From the NCBI GenBank assembly GCA_965230945.1, contig OZ246397.1, positions 4,692-68,691 on the forward strand: a DNA stretch of 64,000 nucleotides, given 5' to 3'. Shown piece after piece: positions 55,011 through 64,000 of this stretch. Positions within the stretch are counted from its first letter, which is position 1, and every line of letters starts with the position of its first letter. The position numbers and the translations under genes are program-made. The DNA is from an uncultured Gammaproteobacteria bacterium (GTDB lineage: Bacteria; Patescibacteriota; Microgenomatia; PFEM01; JAPLYW01). The notes under the pieces were generated by a model. It was not told the DNA's origin, searched no databases, and worked only from the letters and a program-made list of their open reading frames with translations.

Positions 55011-55170
55011 TAAGGAATTTAAGGGATTTCTTGAGACTGTTGAGAAAAAAACCTTTGAACAAAGGACTTATAGCTCTTCTTTTACAGAAGAATTCTTTGA
55101 AGAAGCTAGAAAAAAGATTGAATTAGAAAGGAAAGAAGAAAAACAATAATCCTTTATCTATTTATAGAAA

Positions 55171-55234
55171 CCGAAGTCATAGAGGTCGGGTTCCTACTTT
55201 TCTCTACAACATAACTCTTTTCCTATGACTTCGG
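55171..55234 (+). promoter_or_regulatory. large stem-loop: 12-bp perfect inverted repeat CCGAAGTCATAG / CTATGACTTCGG with 40-nt loop
   Basis: Read directly. Lies just upstream of the extended -10 (TGGTATAAT, 55257-55265) of the next gene. Confidence 0.5.
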
Positions 55235-55271
55235 CCCCCATATTTCTTTAGATCTTTGGTATAATATAAAC

Positions 55272-55718
55272 ATGGAAAAGGAAACTCCAAATATGAGTCG
55301 ATTTGTAATCGTACTTATTGAAACAGCAAAAGTAGAAAATTGGGAGAAAGTAGATAAAAAACTTATTCCCCAATTGAAAGATTTTGATGGAAATCAAATA
55401 AGCAAAGAACTTTTAGACTATGTAAAAGACAAAGATGCCAACGTTAGAGATGTAGTGGCAACTGCCTTATCTCCTCTAAAAATTTCTAATGAACAAATAA
55501 AACATCAGGCGGTAAAAGCAATGATCGAAATGGCGACTGAAGATAACGAAAGGTTTCCCGCTGGCAGGGCCGCAGTTTTTCTTCTTGGGTATAAACAAGA
55601 AGAAAATTTTAAAGAAGAAATAGAAGAAGCGTTAAATTCTTTTAAGGAGAAAACTGAAAACAAAGGATGGAAATCAGAGTTGCTAGAAAATATTTCTTCG
55701 TTAAAAGAAATTTTTTAA
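55272..55718 (+). CDS. HEAT-repeat-like small protein. Transcript probably leaderless or near-leaderless
   Basis: DANVRDVVATAL HEAT-like repeat. -10 element ends 6 nt before the ATG. Confidence 0.5.
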   Translation: MEKETPNMSRFVIVLIETAKVENWEKVDKKLIPQLKDFDGNQISKELLDYVKDKDANVRDVVATALSPLKISNEQIKHQAVKAMIEMATEDNERFPAGRAAVFLLGYKQEENFKEEIEEALNSFKEKTENKGWKSELLENISSLKEIF

Positions 55719-56395
55719 TGGTTAAACTCTATTTAGTATCAACACCTATCGGCAACCTTAAAGATGTCAGTTTACGTGCCTTAGACGTTTTGTCTTCTGT
55801 TAATATTATTGCCTGTGAGGATACCCGTAAAACCGGTTTATTACTAAAAAAGTTAGAAGTTAAGAACAATCCTAAACTGATTTCTTATTATGAAGAAAAC
55901 GAAATAGGACGTATTCCGCAAATTATTTCTTTTCTTAAATCAGGTAAAAAAGTAGCCCTGGTTTCAAATGCCGGCACACCTACAATATCTGATCCTGGTT
56001 TTAAATTAGTCCGAGAATGTATTAAAGAAGACATAAAGATAGAAGCTATTCCTGGAGCTTCGGCAATTTTATCTGCTTTAGTGGTTTCTGGACTGCCTAC
56101 AGATAAATTTCTCTTCTTGGGATTCTTGCCAAAGAAAGCAGGCAAAAGGAAAAAAATATTAGAATCTTTACCTAAAGAGACAACAATTGTTTTATTTATC
56201 TCTCCTTACAGATTAGCCAAAAGACTAGAAGAATTACAATCTTTCTTTGGTGATATAGAAGTCGTTGTTTGCCGGGAACTTACCAAGATACATGAAGAGA
56301 TAAGAAGAGAAAAGATTAGCGATTCAATCAGCTATTTTGAGAAAAACAAGCCTCGAGGAGAATTCACTCTTTGTTTTAATACCTCTCTAAAGTAG
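55718..56395 (+). CDS. rsmI: 16S rRNA (cytidine1402-2'-O)-methyltransferase RsmI (tetrapyrrole-methylase fold)
   Basis: MVKLYLVSTPIGNLKDVSLRAL...IACEDTR is a canonical RsmI N-terminus. Start overlaps the previous stop (TAATG). Confidence 0.85.
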   Translation: MVKLYLVSTPIGNLKDVSLRALDVLSSVNIIACEDTRKTGLLLKKLEVKNNPKLISYYEENEIGRIPQIISFLKSGKKVALVSNAGTPTISDPGFKLVRECIKEDIKIEAIPGASAILSALVVSGLPTDKFLFLGFLPKKAGKRKKILESLPKETTIVLFISPYRLAKRLEELQSFFGDIEVVVCRELTKIHEEIRREKISDSISYFEKNKPRGEFTLCFNTSLK

Positions 56396-58082
56396 AAGTA
56401 TCTCCAATAGGAAGACCCAGCTCTTTTGCTTTAAGAAACCTCCGTACAATCTTACCCGAACTTGTTTTAGGAAGTTTTTTTACAAATTCAATTTCTCGTG
56501 GATAGGCATGGCCAGCAAGGTTCTTCTTGACGTAGGTCTGTAGGGTCTTTTTTAAGGCTTCTGAAGGCTTCACAGAGGCTTCTAAGACCACAAAAGCCTT
56601 AATTATCTCACCCCTAATAGGATCGGGCTTACCAATGACTCCAGATTCAACTACTGCCGCATGTTCCAAAAGACTAGATTCCACTTCAAAGGGGCCCACT
56701 CTCTCCCCGGAGGTTTTAATGACATCATCTGCCCTGCCCACAAACCAAAAGTAGCCGTCCTTATCCTTGTAAGCTAAATCACCGCTGATATACCAACCTT
56801 TTTTAAAATAGCTTTTATATTTTTTATGCCTTCGCCAAATTGCTTTCATCATTGAAGGCCAGGGAGGTTTAATGGCTAAATTTCCTATTTTTTCTGATGA
56901 CAATTTCTCCCCTTTATCATTGACCACTCCAGCGGTAATACCAGGGATCGGTTTTCCCATTGAGCCTGGCTTAATATCCATACAAGGATAATTGGCAATT
57001 AAAATTCCTCCTGTTTCTGTTTGCCACCAATTATCATGAAAGGGTAAACCAAAAGCCTTTAATCCCCACCAAATGGCTTCTGGATTAAGCGGCTCCCCTA
57101 CAGAAGCGAGATGCCGAAGCGAAGAAAGATCATATTTTTTAACCAAATGAGAATTTTTAGCGGCTAACATGCGAATGGCTGTGGGTGCGGTATACCAGAT
57201 ATTAACTTGATAATCCTCAATTAACTGATACCATTTAGCCGGATCAAAGCGTCCTTCATAGACTAGTGTGGAGGCGCCATTACTCCAATTTCCTAAAATA
57301 CCATAGCCAATTCCCGTTACCCACCCCGGATCAGCCGTACACCAAAAAACATCTTCCTCACGCAAATCAAGTACCCATTTGGCCGTCATATGTTCAAGCA
57401 AAATTGCCTGGTGAGTATGAATTACGCCTTTAGGTTTTCCGGTTGTGCCTGAGGTGTAAAGCATGAAGGCAGGATCAGAAGGATCCATTGGAAGGCAACG
57501 TCGCTTTAAAGAAAAACGACTTAACATTTTCGTCAGATTTTCTACCAAAACAATTTTTTTCAAATTTGGTAAATTTTTTTCGATTTTTTGGACGCGAGGA
57601 TATAAATTTTTGTTGGTAATCAAGATTTTTGCTGAAGAATTATTAAGACGGTCCTCAAGCGCTCGTGGTCCAAAGGCGGCAAACAAGGTTCCTGCTATGG
57701 CGCCAATTTTTAATGTTCCCAAAAAACCCCAATAAAGCTCGGGAATTCGAGGTAAAAAGAAAAAAACGCGATCACTCTTTTTAATCCCTAAACTTTTTAG
57801 AAAATTAGCGAATTGGTTGCTAAGAAAACAGAGTTCAAGAAAAGTAAATTTTTTCTCTTCTCCTTTTTCGCCTTCCCAATACAAAGCCACTTTGTTTTTT
57901 CTTGGACCTAAAGCGTGACGGTCAAGGGCATTATAAGCTGCATTTATTTTTTTTCCTGAAAACCAAGAAATTTCTTTCTCCGCCTCTTTCCAATTATATT
58001 TTTGATAAGTTTTTGAGTAATCAACCAGGTTGGGTAGTGTGGATAAAATTTTCTTCTTTTTAATAATTTTTTTCTTGGTCAT
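56376..58082 (-). CDS. acs: acetyl-CoA synthetase-like AMP-forming acyl-CoA ligase
   Basis: YTSGTTGKPKG AMP-binding motif. DNWWQTETGG (Acs-type WWQTETG). C-terminal SGKIVRR lysine motif. Confidence 0.75.
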   Translation of the reverse strand: MTKKKIIKKKKILSTLPNLVDYSKTYQKYNWKEAEKEISWFSGKKINAAYNALDRHALGPRKNKVALYWEGEKGEEKKFTFLELCFLSNQFANFLKSLGIKKSDRVFFFLPRIPELYWGFLGTLKIGAIAGTLFAAFGPRALEDRLNNSSAKILITNKNLYPRVQKIEKNLPNLKKIVLVENLTKMLSRFSLKRRCLPMDPSDPAFMLYTSGTTGKPKGVIHTHQAILLEHMTAKWVLDLREEDVFWCTADPGWVTGIGYGILGNWSNGASTLVYEGRFDPAKWYQLIEDYQVNIWYTAPTAIRMLAAKNSHLVKKYDLSSLRHLASVGEPLNPEAIWWGLKAFGLPFHDNWWQTETGGILIANYPCMDIKPGSMGKPIPGITAGVVNDKGEKLSSEKIGNLAIKPPWPSMMKAIWRRHKKYKSYFKKGWYISGDLAYKDKDGYFWFVGRADDVIKTSGERVGPFEVESSLLEHAAVVESGVIGKPDPIRGEIIKAFVVLEASVKPSEALKKTLQTYVKKNLAGHAYPREIEFVKKLPKTSSGKIVRRFLKAKELGLPIGDTSTLERY

Positions 58083-58086
58083 AAAT

Positions 58087-59703
58087 TTAAAAATTTAGTA
58101 GGTTTCTCCCGGTCATCAAACCAGGCTTGCTTATCCCCATAATTGACAATATAGTGGGGGCAACATCGGCCAAAACACCAGTTTTTAAGATTTGACTCCT
58201 TTGCATAAATTCTTTGCCAACAATAATAAAAGGCACCAGATTGGTTGAGTGTTTAGTGTCAACCTCGCCGGTAACTAAACTAAGCATTTCTTCAACATTG
58301 CCATGATCGGCAACAACAAAACAATTGCCATTTAGGTTTAAAACTACTCTTACAATTTCTCCTAAACATTCATCAACTACCTCACAAGCTTTAATGCCTG
58401 CTTTTAAAACACCGGTATGACCCACCATATCAGGATTAGCAAAATTAATCACCACAAAATCGTAAAGACTTAATTTAATTCTCCTAATTAGCTCCTCCGT
58501 CAGTTGATAAGCCGACATTTCTGGTTTCTTGTCATAGGTAGCTACCTTGGGAGATGGGATTTCTATCCGATCTTCTCCTAAAAAAGGTTTTTCCCTTTGT
58601 CCGTCAAAATAATAAGTCACAAACCTCTCTTTTTCAGTTTCGGCTAAATGAAGCTGTTGCAATCCATTCTCTGATACAACACTTGCTAGGGGCATCTTAA
58701 CAGGTCTTGCCGGACAAGCAATCTCTGTTGCTAAATCTTTTTCATATTCAGTCATAGTAACAAAACAGAGATCTTCTAAGACCTTTTTTCTAATAAAGGG
58801 CTTTTTAACACTTGGGAGCTGGTATTGCCTTAGGCCATATTTTTCCGCATAAGGGTCAAAGGTAGCTCTGGTTAACTTCAACTTCTCAAAATCTTTTAAG
58901 ACGAAAGCCTTAGTCAGTTGTCTGGGTCGGTCAATCCGGAAATTAAAAAAGATGATTCCGTCATGATCTTTAATTAAACCTTGCTTATCTAAAAGTAAAG
59001 GCTCTAAAAATTCATCAGTTTTATCTTGTTTATAGTTTTCCTTTAAGGACTCTTTAATGCTGGTTGAAGTTTTACCTTTTCCTTCTGTAATTAATTCATA
59101 AGCCTTTTGGGTTCTTTCCCAGCGATGATCACGATCCATGGCAAAATAACGGCCACATAGGGTGGCTATTTTACCAATGCCTATTTTTTCAATTTCTTCT
59201 TCAATACGGTTAATATGAATGAGGGCAGAGTTGGGTGGGGAATCACGACCATCAGTAAAAAGATGTAGATAAAGGTTTTCAAGAGTCTCTGTTTTAGCCA
59301 ATTTAAGGAGAGCGAAAAGATGGTTTAAACTGGAATGGACACCACCAAAACCAATAAGGCCTATGAGATGTAAAGCAGAACTTTTTTTCTTGACATGATT
59401 AATTACATTTTTAAAAGCAGGGATTTTAAAAAAACTACCATCGCTGATAGAATTGTTAATACGGGGTAGATCCTGGAAAACAACATTACCCGCTCCGAGG
59501 TTTAAATGACCAGTTTCTGAATTACCGTCTTCACCTTTAGGCGAACCAACGGCTTCCCCAGAAGCTAAAAGTTCAGTATGAGGATAAACAGACCATAACT
59601 TATCAAAATTAGGAGTTTTGGCTAAATCAAGGGCATTACCTGGGTGAGGAAGCGCCAGTCCCCAACCATCAAGGATAATCAAAACAGTAGGTTTTTTCAT
59701 CAC
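58087..59703 (-). CDS. gpmI: 2,3-bisphosphoglycerate-independent phosphoglycerate mutase
   Basis: LDGWG N-terminus. Catalytic-Ser region. iPGM length of 538 aa. Confidence 0.85.
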   Translation of the reverse strand: MMKKPTVLIILDGWGLALPHPGNALDLAKTPNFDKLWSVYPHTELLASGEAVGSPKGEDGNSETGHLNLGAGNVVFQDLPRINNSISDGSFFKIPAFKNVINHVKKKSSALHLIGLIGFGGVHSSLNHLFALLKLAKTETLENLYLHLFTDGRDSPPNSALIHINRIEEEIEKIGIGKIATLCGRYFAMDRDHRWERTQKAYELITEGKGKTSTSIKESLKENYKQDKTDEFLEPLLLDKQGLIKDHDGIIFFNFRIDRPRQLTKAFVLKDFEKLKLTRATFDPYAEKYGLRQYQLPSVKKPFIRKKVLEDLCFVTMTEYEKDLATEIACPARPVKMPLASVVSENGLQQLHLAETEKERFVTYYFDGQREKPFLGEDRIEIPSPKVATYDKKPEMSAYQLTEELIRRIKLSLYDFVVINFANPDMVGHTGVLKAGIKACEVVDECLGEIVRVVLNLNGNCFVVADHGNVEEMLSLVTGEVDTKHSTNLVPFIIVGKEFMQRSQILKTGVLADVAPTILSIMGISKPGLMTGRNLLNF

Positions 59704-60962
59704 TTAATATAATGTTTAATTATTTGTTCTATTTCTAAAAGTCGGTTGTATTTGGCTACTCTTTCCCCTCTGGCTGGAGCGCCAAACTTGGTGTATTCAG
59801 CGCCAATACCCACGGCAAAATCAGCAATGAAATCATCATTGGTTTCTCCACTACGATGAGAGACAATAATTTTCCAGTTAGCCTGTCGGGCAATCTTAAC
59901 GACTTCAATAGTTTCGGCAATGGTGCCAATCTGGTTAGGTTTAACTAAGATAGCCGAACAAGCCTTTAATTTAATTGCTTCCTCTACTCTCTTTTTATTG
60001 GCAGCCAGTAAATCATCGCCAACAATAATTGTCCTGGGTAAAGTTTTAACTAACTTTTGCCAACCCTTCCAATCGTCTTCCTGAAGAGGATCTTCTAAGG
60101 TGGCTAAAGGATATTGTTGGTTTAAATCCTTATAAAACTCAATAAATTCATCTAAACCTAGCGGCATGCTACGATCTCTTATTTGATAGCGATTGTCTTT
60201 AAAGAAGCTGTTAGCGGCCACATCAAGACCCAAAAAAACATCTCTATTAAGTCCATACTTAGTTTCTTTGATAGCTTGAGTCAAAACTTCTAAAGCATCA
60301 AGATTAGTAAAAAGATTAGGAGCAAATCCTCCTTCATCGCCGACCGAATGAATGGCGCCATTACGAATTAAAATTTTTTTTACCGACTGATAAATTTCTT
60401 CTCCCATTTTTAAAGCTTCGTGATATTGTTTTTCTTGGAAAGGGACAATATGAAACTCTTGAAAATCTAGATTACCAGCTCCGTGCTTGCCGCCATTAAT
60501 GAGATTGAAGATGGGGGTAGGCATTTGGAACTCTTCTTTTTTAAGTCCATAAAGATGAGAAATATGTTCAAAGCTTGGAACTCCTTCTGTAGCTGCGGCA
60601 GCTTCGCAAATCCCTTGGGAGACAGACAAAATGCTATTAGCCCCTAATTTCGTTTTATTTTCCGTACCGTCTAGAGTGATTAAAATTTTATCAATCTTAA
60701 GCTGATCACAGGGGTCCATACTAATTATTTTAGGAGCAATGACTTGATTAACATTAGCTACGGCCTTTAAAACACCCATGCCATTAAAACGGTCCTCCTC
60801 TTGGTCGCGTAGTTCTAGAGCTTCATATTTACCTATAGAAGCCCCAGAGGGGACGGCAGCGATACCAAAGGTGCCGTCATCCAAAAAGACTTTAGTTTCT
60901 ATAGTTGGATTGCCTCTGGAATCTAGAATTTCTCTGGCCCTAATTTCTTTAATTTTGGCCAT
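59700..60962 (-). CDS. eno: enolase
   Basis: MAKIKEIRAREILDSRGNPT start. SHRSGETED-like motif (SHRSGETND). Confidence 0.9.
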   Translation of the reverse strand: MAKIKEIRAREILDSRGNPTIETKVFLDDGTFGIAAVPSGASIGKYEALELRDQEEDRFNGMGVLKAVANVNQVIAPKIISMDPCDQLKIDKILITLDGTENKTKLGANSILSVSQGICEAAAATEGVPSFEHISHLYGLKKEEFQMPTPIFNLINGGKHGAGNLDFQEFHIVPFQEKQYHEALKMGEEIYQSVKKILIRNGAIHSVGDEGGFAPNLFTNLDALEVLTQAIKETKYGLNRDVFLGLDVAANSFFKDNRYQIRDRSMPLGLDEFIEFYKDLNQQYPLATLEDPLQEDDWKGWQKLVKTLPRTIIVGDDLLAANKKRVEEAIKLKACSAILVKPNQIGTIAETIEVVKIARQANWKIIVSHRSGETNDDFIADFAVGIGAEYTKFGAPARGERVAKYNRLLEIEQIIKHYIK

Positions 60963-60964
60963 GG

Positions 60965-63244
60965 TTATTTTTTGACCTTTCTTTTCTCGACTTCATAAAC
61001 TAACTCTCTTGTTCTTTCAATGGCATCAGGACTAACAGAAATGCTGGTGATCCCCCATTCGACTAGCTTCTCTACTAGATCCTCATAGAAGGAAGGGGCC
61101 TGACCACAGATGGAACAAGTAATCTTATGTTTCAGACAGGTTTTTATGGTCTTTTCCAAAGCCCATAAAACGGCCTTATCTTGTTCATTAAAAGCTTCAG
61201 CTAAATGGGCGTTATCACGGTCAATTCCTAAGATAAGCATCGTTAAATCATTAGAGCCGATGGAAACCCCATCAATGCCCACCTTAATAAAGTCTTCAAG
61301 GAGAATGACATTGGCGGGAATCTCAACCATCAGCCAAAGCTCAAAACTAGCACTGCGGCTAAGACCATTGCTGACAACAATCTTTTTCACTTCTTTTAAC
61401 TCTTGGGGAGTACGCACAAAAGGAATCATTAAAGAAAGGTTATTATATTTTTCTCTGACTTTTTTAATGGCTTTTAATTCCAATTCAAAAACGTCATCAT
61501 CAGTAATATAGCGAAAGGCTCCCCGATAACCCAAAAGAGGGTTTTCTTCCTCTGGTTCAAAAGCCTTACCCCCTATTAAATTACGGTATTCATTGGTTTT
61601 AAAATCACTGGCTCTATAAACTACTGGTCTCGGGTAAAAAGCCTGGCAAAAGGTAGCCAAGTTGCTGGCTAAATCATCAATAAATTCTTTTTGCTTTTTA
61701 TCTTTTAAAATTTTCCTGGGATGAATTCCAAATTGAGCAATCATGAACTCGGCCCTTAAAAGTCCGACGCCATCAACGTTCCTTTCCGACACTTCTAGCG
61801 CCAAACGAGGTTCGGCTAAGTTAACGTAAATACGGGTGGCTGTCTTAATTACATTTTGACGTTTAAGGTTTAAGAAAGGGGTTTGTTTCTCTCCTATGGT
61901 TAAACTTTTTTGTTTTAGACCACCTTTGTAAATCTCCCCTTTAGTACCGTTAACGGTAATAATTTCATTATCTTTTAATTTTTCTGTTGCTTTTTGAGTA
62001 CCAACTATACAAGGAACACCCAATTCTCTACTAACAATGGCGGCATGGGAAGTCTGACCACCTTTATTGGTTACAATGGCGGCCACTTTTTTCATGGCTG
62101 GTACAAAGTCAGGAGTCGTCATGGTCGTTACTAAGATATCGCCCTTATTGACTTTGTTTATCTTCTTGGCGGATAAAATTTTTCTCACTGGACCGTAAGC
62201 AATGCCAGGACTAGCCGGAGTACCTTTTAAAATAGGTTCTTTTTTAATCTTATCTTCCAGTTGCTTTTCCTCGTCTTTTTTAATGGTTGTTACTGGTCTT
62301 GATTGGACAATAAGAAACTTCTTTTTATAAAAAACCCACTCAATATCTTGAGGATAAAAGTAGTGTTTGTGTATTTTTTTACCTAATTTGGCCAACTCAA
62401 TAATCTGTTTATCAGTTAATTTTCTTTTTAATCTCAATCTTCTGGGAACTTTAGACTCTTTATTTTTATTACCGACCTTGATTAGCTGAATAGTTTGTTT
62501 TTCCACTTTTTTGGAAAGGATTTCAAAATTGCTGCTATTAAGAGTATAAATATCAGGAGTAACAACACCTTGAACGATATATTCGCCTAGGCCATAAACA
62601 GACTCGATAATAATTCTGTTTTTCTGATGAGTAATAGGATTAATGGTAAACATCACTCCTGAAATATGGGCTGGTACCATTTCTTGAACTGGAACAGCAA
62701 TACCCACCTTAAAATGATCAAAACCTTTTTCTTGACGATAAAAGATGGCTCGTGGTTCGAATAAAGAGGCCCAACAATCTTTGACCCTATTGATAACATT
62801 GGCTTCTCCTTTAACATTTAAGAAAGTTTCCTGTTGGCCAGCAAAAGAGGCTGTCGGTAAGTCTTCTGCCGTTGCCGAAGATCGAATGGCTACCCAAGCG
62901 TGAGAAACAATGCTACCTAGTCTTAAATAATTGTTAATTATTTCCCGAGATAAAGCGGCTGATATTTGCCCCTCTTTAATTAACTTTTTGACTTTTTGGG
63001 AAGCTTCATTTATGGTCTGGAGATCATTAACATCAACTCTTTTTAATTCTTGATAGAGTTTACTTTTTAATTTGTTTTCTTTTAAAAAATCAAAATAGGC
63101 TTTGCTGGTGACAATAAACCCGCGGGGAACCGGGATAGCTGCAGCTGTCATTTCACCCAGGTTAGCCCCTTTACCGCCAACTAGATTAATGTCATCTTTA
63201 TCAACTTCACCAAACCACAGGATATTTTTTTCTTCTTTTTTCAT
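60965..63244 (-). CDS. ppsA: phosphoenolpyruvate synthase (pyruvate, water dikinase)
   Basis: GGKGANLGEM ATP-grasp N-terminus. Phospho-His region GGQTSHAAIVSRELGVP. C-terminal PEP-utilising TIM barrel. Confidence 0.85.
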   Translation of the reverse strand: MKKEEKNILWFGEVDKDDINLVGGKGANLGEMTAAAIPVPRGFIVTSKAYFDFLKENKLKSKLYQELKRVDVNDLQTINEASQKVKKLIKEGQISAALSREIINNYLRLGSIVSHAWVAIRSSATAEDLPTASFAGQQETFLNVKGEANVINRVKDCWASLFEPRAIFYRQEKGFDHFKVGIAVPVQEMVPAHISGVMFTINPITHQKNRIIIESVYGLGEYIVQGVVTPDIYTLNSSNFEILSKKVEKQTIQLIKVGNKNKESKVPRRLRLKRKLTDKQIIELAKLGKKIHKHYFYPQDIEWVFYKKKFLIVQSRPVTTIKKDEEKQLEDKIKKEPILKGTPASPGIAYGPVRKILSAKKINKVNKGDILVTTMTTPDFVPAMKKVAAIVTNKGGQTSHAAIVSRELGVPCIVGTQKATEKLKDNEIITVNGTKGEIYKGGLKQKSLTIGEKQTPFLNLKRQNVIKTATRIYVNLAEPRLALEVSERNVDGVGLLRAEFMIAQFGIHPRKILKDKKQKEFIDDLASNLATFCQAFYPRPVVYRASDFKTNEYRNLIGGKAFEPEEENPLLGYRGAFRYITDDDVFELELKAIKKVREKYNNLSLMIPFVRTPQELKEVKKIVVSNGLSRSASFELWLMVEIPANVILLEDFIKVGIDGVSIGSNDLTMLILGIDRDNAHLAEAFNEQDKAVLWALEKTIKTCLKHKITCSICGQAPSFYEDLVEKLVEWGITSISVSPDAIERTRELVYEVEKRKVKK

Positions 63245-63266
63245 GGGCAGTTTATTTAAATTTATT

Positions 63267-63953
63267 CTAAAGGGAAGCTACTAAAAGGTCAAGCTGGAAA
63301 GAAAGATTAAAAGCTGTTTTTCCTGTTTTTTGCTGAGAGTCAATTCTTAAAAGGCTTTTATAAATAGCAAGTAGCTTATCTAAACCAAATCTGTCACCCT
63401 GGTTGATTAATTTATCTTGACGCCAAGCAGGTATATTAGATAAGCCTTTTTTACCCAAATCACTGGCCAAAATTAAAAAACGGAAATGTCTTACCAGCAT
63501 AAAAAAGATCATCTCCGCAGGTAGCTGCTCTAAAGCCTGATGGAGTAAAAGCAAGGCTGTTTTATTATTACCGGGATGTAAAGAATCTAAAAAGTGAAAG
63601 ATTGTTGGTGTTAGATCAAACCTTAGAACTTGTCCTTGGAAAGGAGCTAAAACACGGCCATCAATCTTTTTACTTTCCCAAATAATTAAGTTTTTAGGAT
63701 TTAATTGCTTAAGATAATCAATAATTTTTTGTTTCTCGTTAGTTTTTCTGCCGCTAAAAAGATTTTCAATCACCACCAGTTCTTGTTCCCCTAGTAGGGA
63801 TAATGATTGGAAAGCTTCTTGAGTATTATTTAAAGTAATTTCATTGCCTTCAAAGTGTAGAATAACCCCTTGGGTTTTTTGTTTAAACTCGGTTGCCTTT
63901 TCTTTTAATTTCTGCCTGCTTTGGACAATATTTTCTCCATGTAAAATAATCAT
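63267..63953 (-). CDS. holA: DNA polymerase III delta subunit
   Basis: MIILHGEN N-terminus and helical C-domain typical of HolA. 228 aa. Confidence 0.55.
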   Translation of the reverse strand: MIILHGENIVQSRQKLKEKATEFKQKTQGVILHFEGNEITLNNTQEAFQSLSLLGEQELVVIENLFSGRKTNEKQKIIDYLKQLNPKNLIIWESKKIDGRVLAPFQGQVLRFDLTPTIFHFLDSLHPGNNKTALLLLHQALEQLPAEMIFFMLVRHFRFLILASDLGKKGLSNIPAWRQDKLINQGDRFGLDKLLAIYKSLLRIDSQQKTGKTAFNLSFQLDLLVASL

Positions 63954-64000
63954 AATTTCTTTATTCTTCCATGATGTAATAAACTGCCAGAAAAGTTTTT

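Noticed and set aside
55012-55149. 45-codon open frame in the 54932-55271 intergenic region as a gene
   Set aside because: No ATG/GTG/TTG start in frame and no SD. Kept only as a possible gene remnant within a finding.
1-64000. CRISPR array, cas genes, integrase, transposase or rRNA genes
   Set aside because: No regularly spaced direct repeats of 24-40 bp with unique spacers were seen. The only tandem repeat is the 18-bp duplication at 38668-38703. No recombinase or rRNA-like sequence recognised.

Overview
The window is a low-GC, gene-dense bacterial chromosome segment, almost all of it coding. The protein repertoire looks like a Candidate Phyla Radiation / Patescibacteria-type genome; that is an inference from content, not a database hit. 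Supporting features are a type IV pilus PilM/N/O operon, truncated aminoacyl-tRNA synthetases, a sortase with an IPKTG substrate, a ferredoxin-linked oxoacid oxidoreductase, and many small secreted or membrane proteins of unknown function.

Housekeeping blocks:
- rpsP-khpA, rnc, nusB-rpmF, recG, tyrS, a class A PBP, pheST, infC-rpmI-rplT, thrS, tig.
- A MacAB-type exporter operon.
- A four-subunit 2-oxoacid:ferredoxin oxidoreductase plus acs, gpmI, eno, ppsA, holA, lexA, an Nramp transporter and secG.

Fifteen tRNA genes were read by hand, all on the minus strand:
- A tight 10-tRNA array at 44.6-46.0 kb.
- Others at 17.2, 29.6, 34.4-34.6 and 38.9 kb.

Most notable non-standard content:
1. A duplicated ~240 bp element (34601-34842 and 38175-38870). 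Each copy carries a near-consensus sigma70 promoter and a U-tract terminator on the plus strand. Both copies sit next to tRNA genes and bracket a 3.3 kb gene block. The second copy holds a ~480 bp insertion encoding a 50-aa hydrophobic peptide with an 18-bp tandem duplication.
2. A sortase / IPKTG-substrate / GT-C glycosyltransferase surface module.
3. A DUF134 / DUF5320 / split permease / NifX-like cluster with divergent promoters.
4. An exporter operon trailed by five small secreted proteins.
5. A structured 340-bp intergenic region upstream of an apparently leaderless gene.

No CRISPR array, integrase, transposase or rRNA was found.
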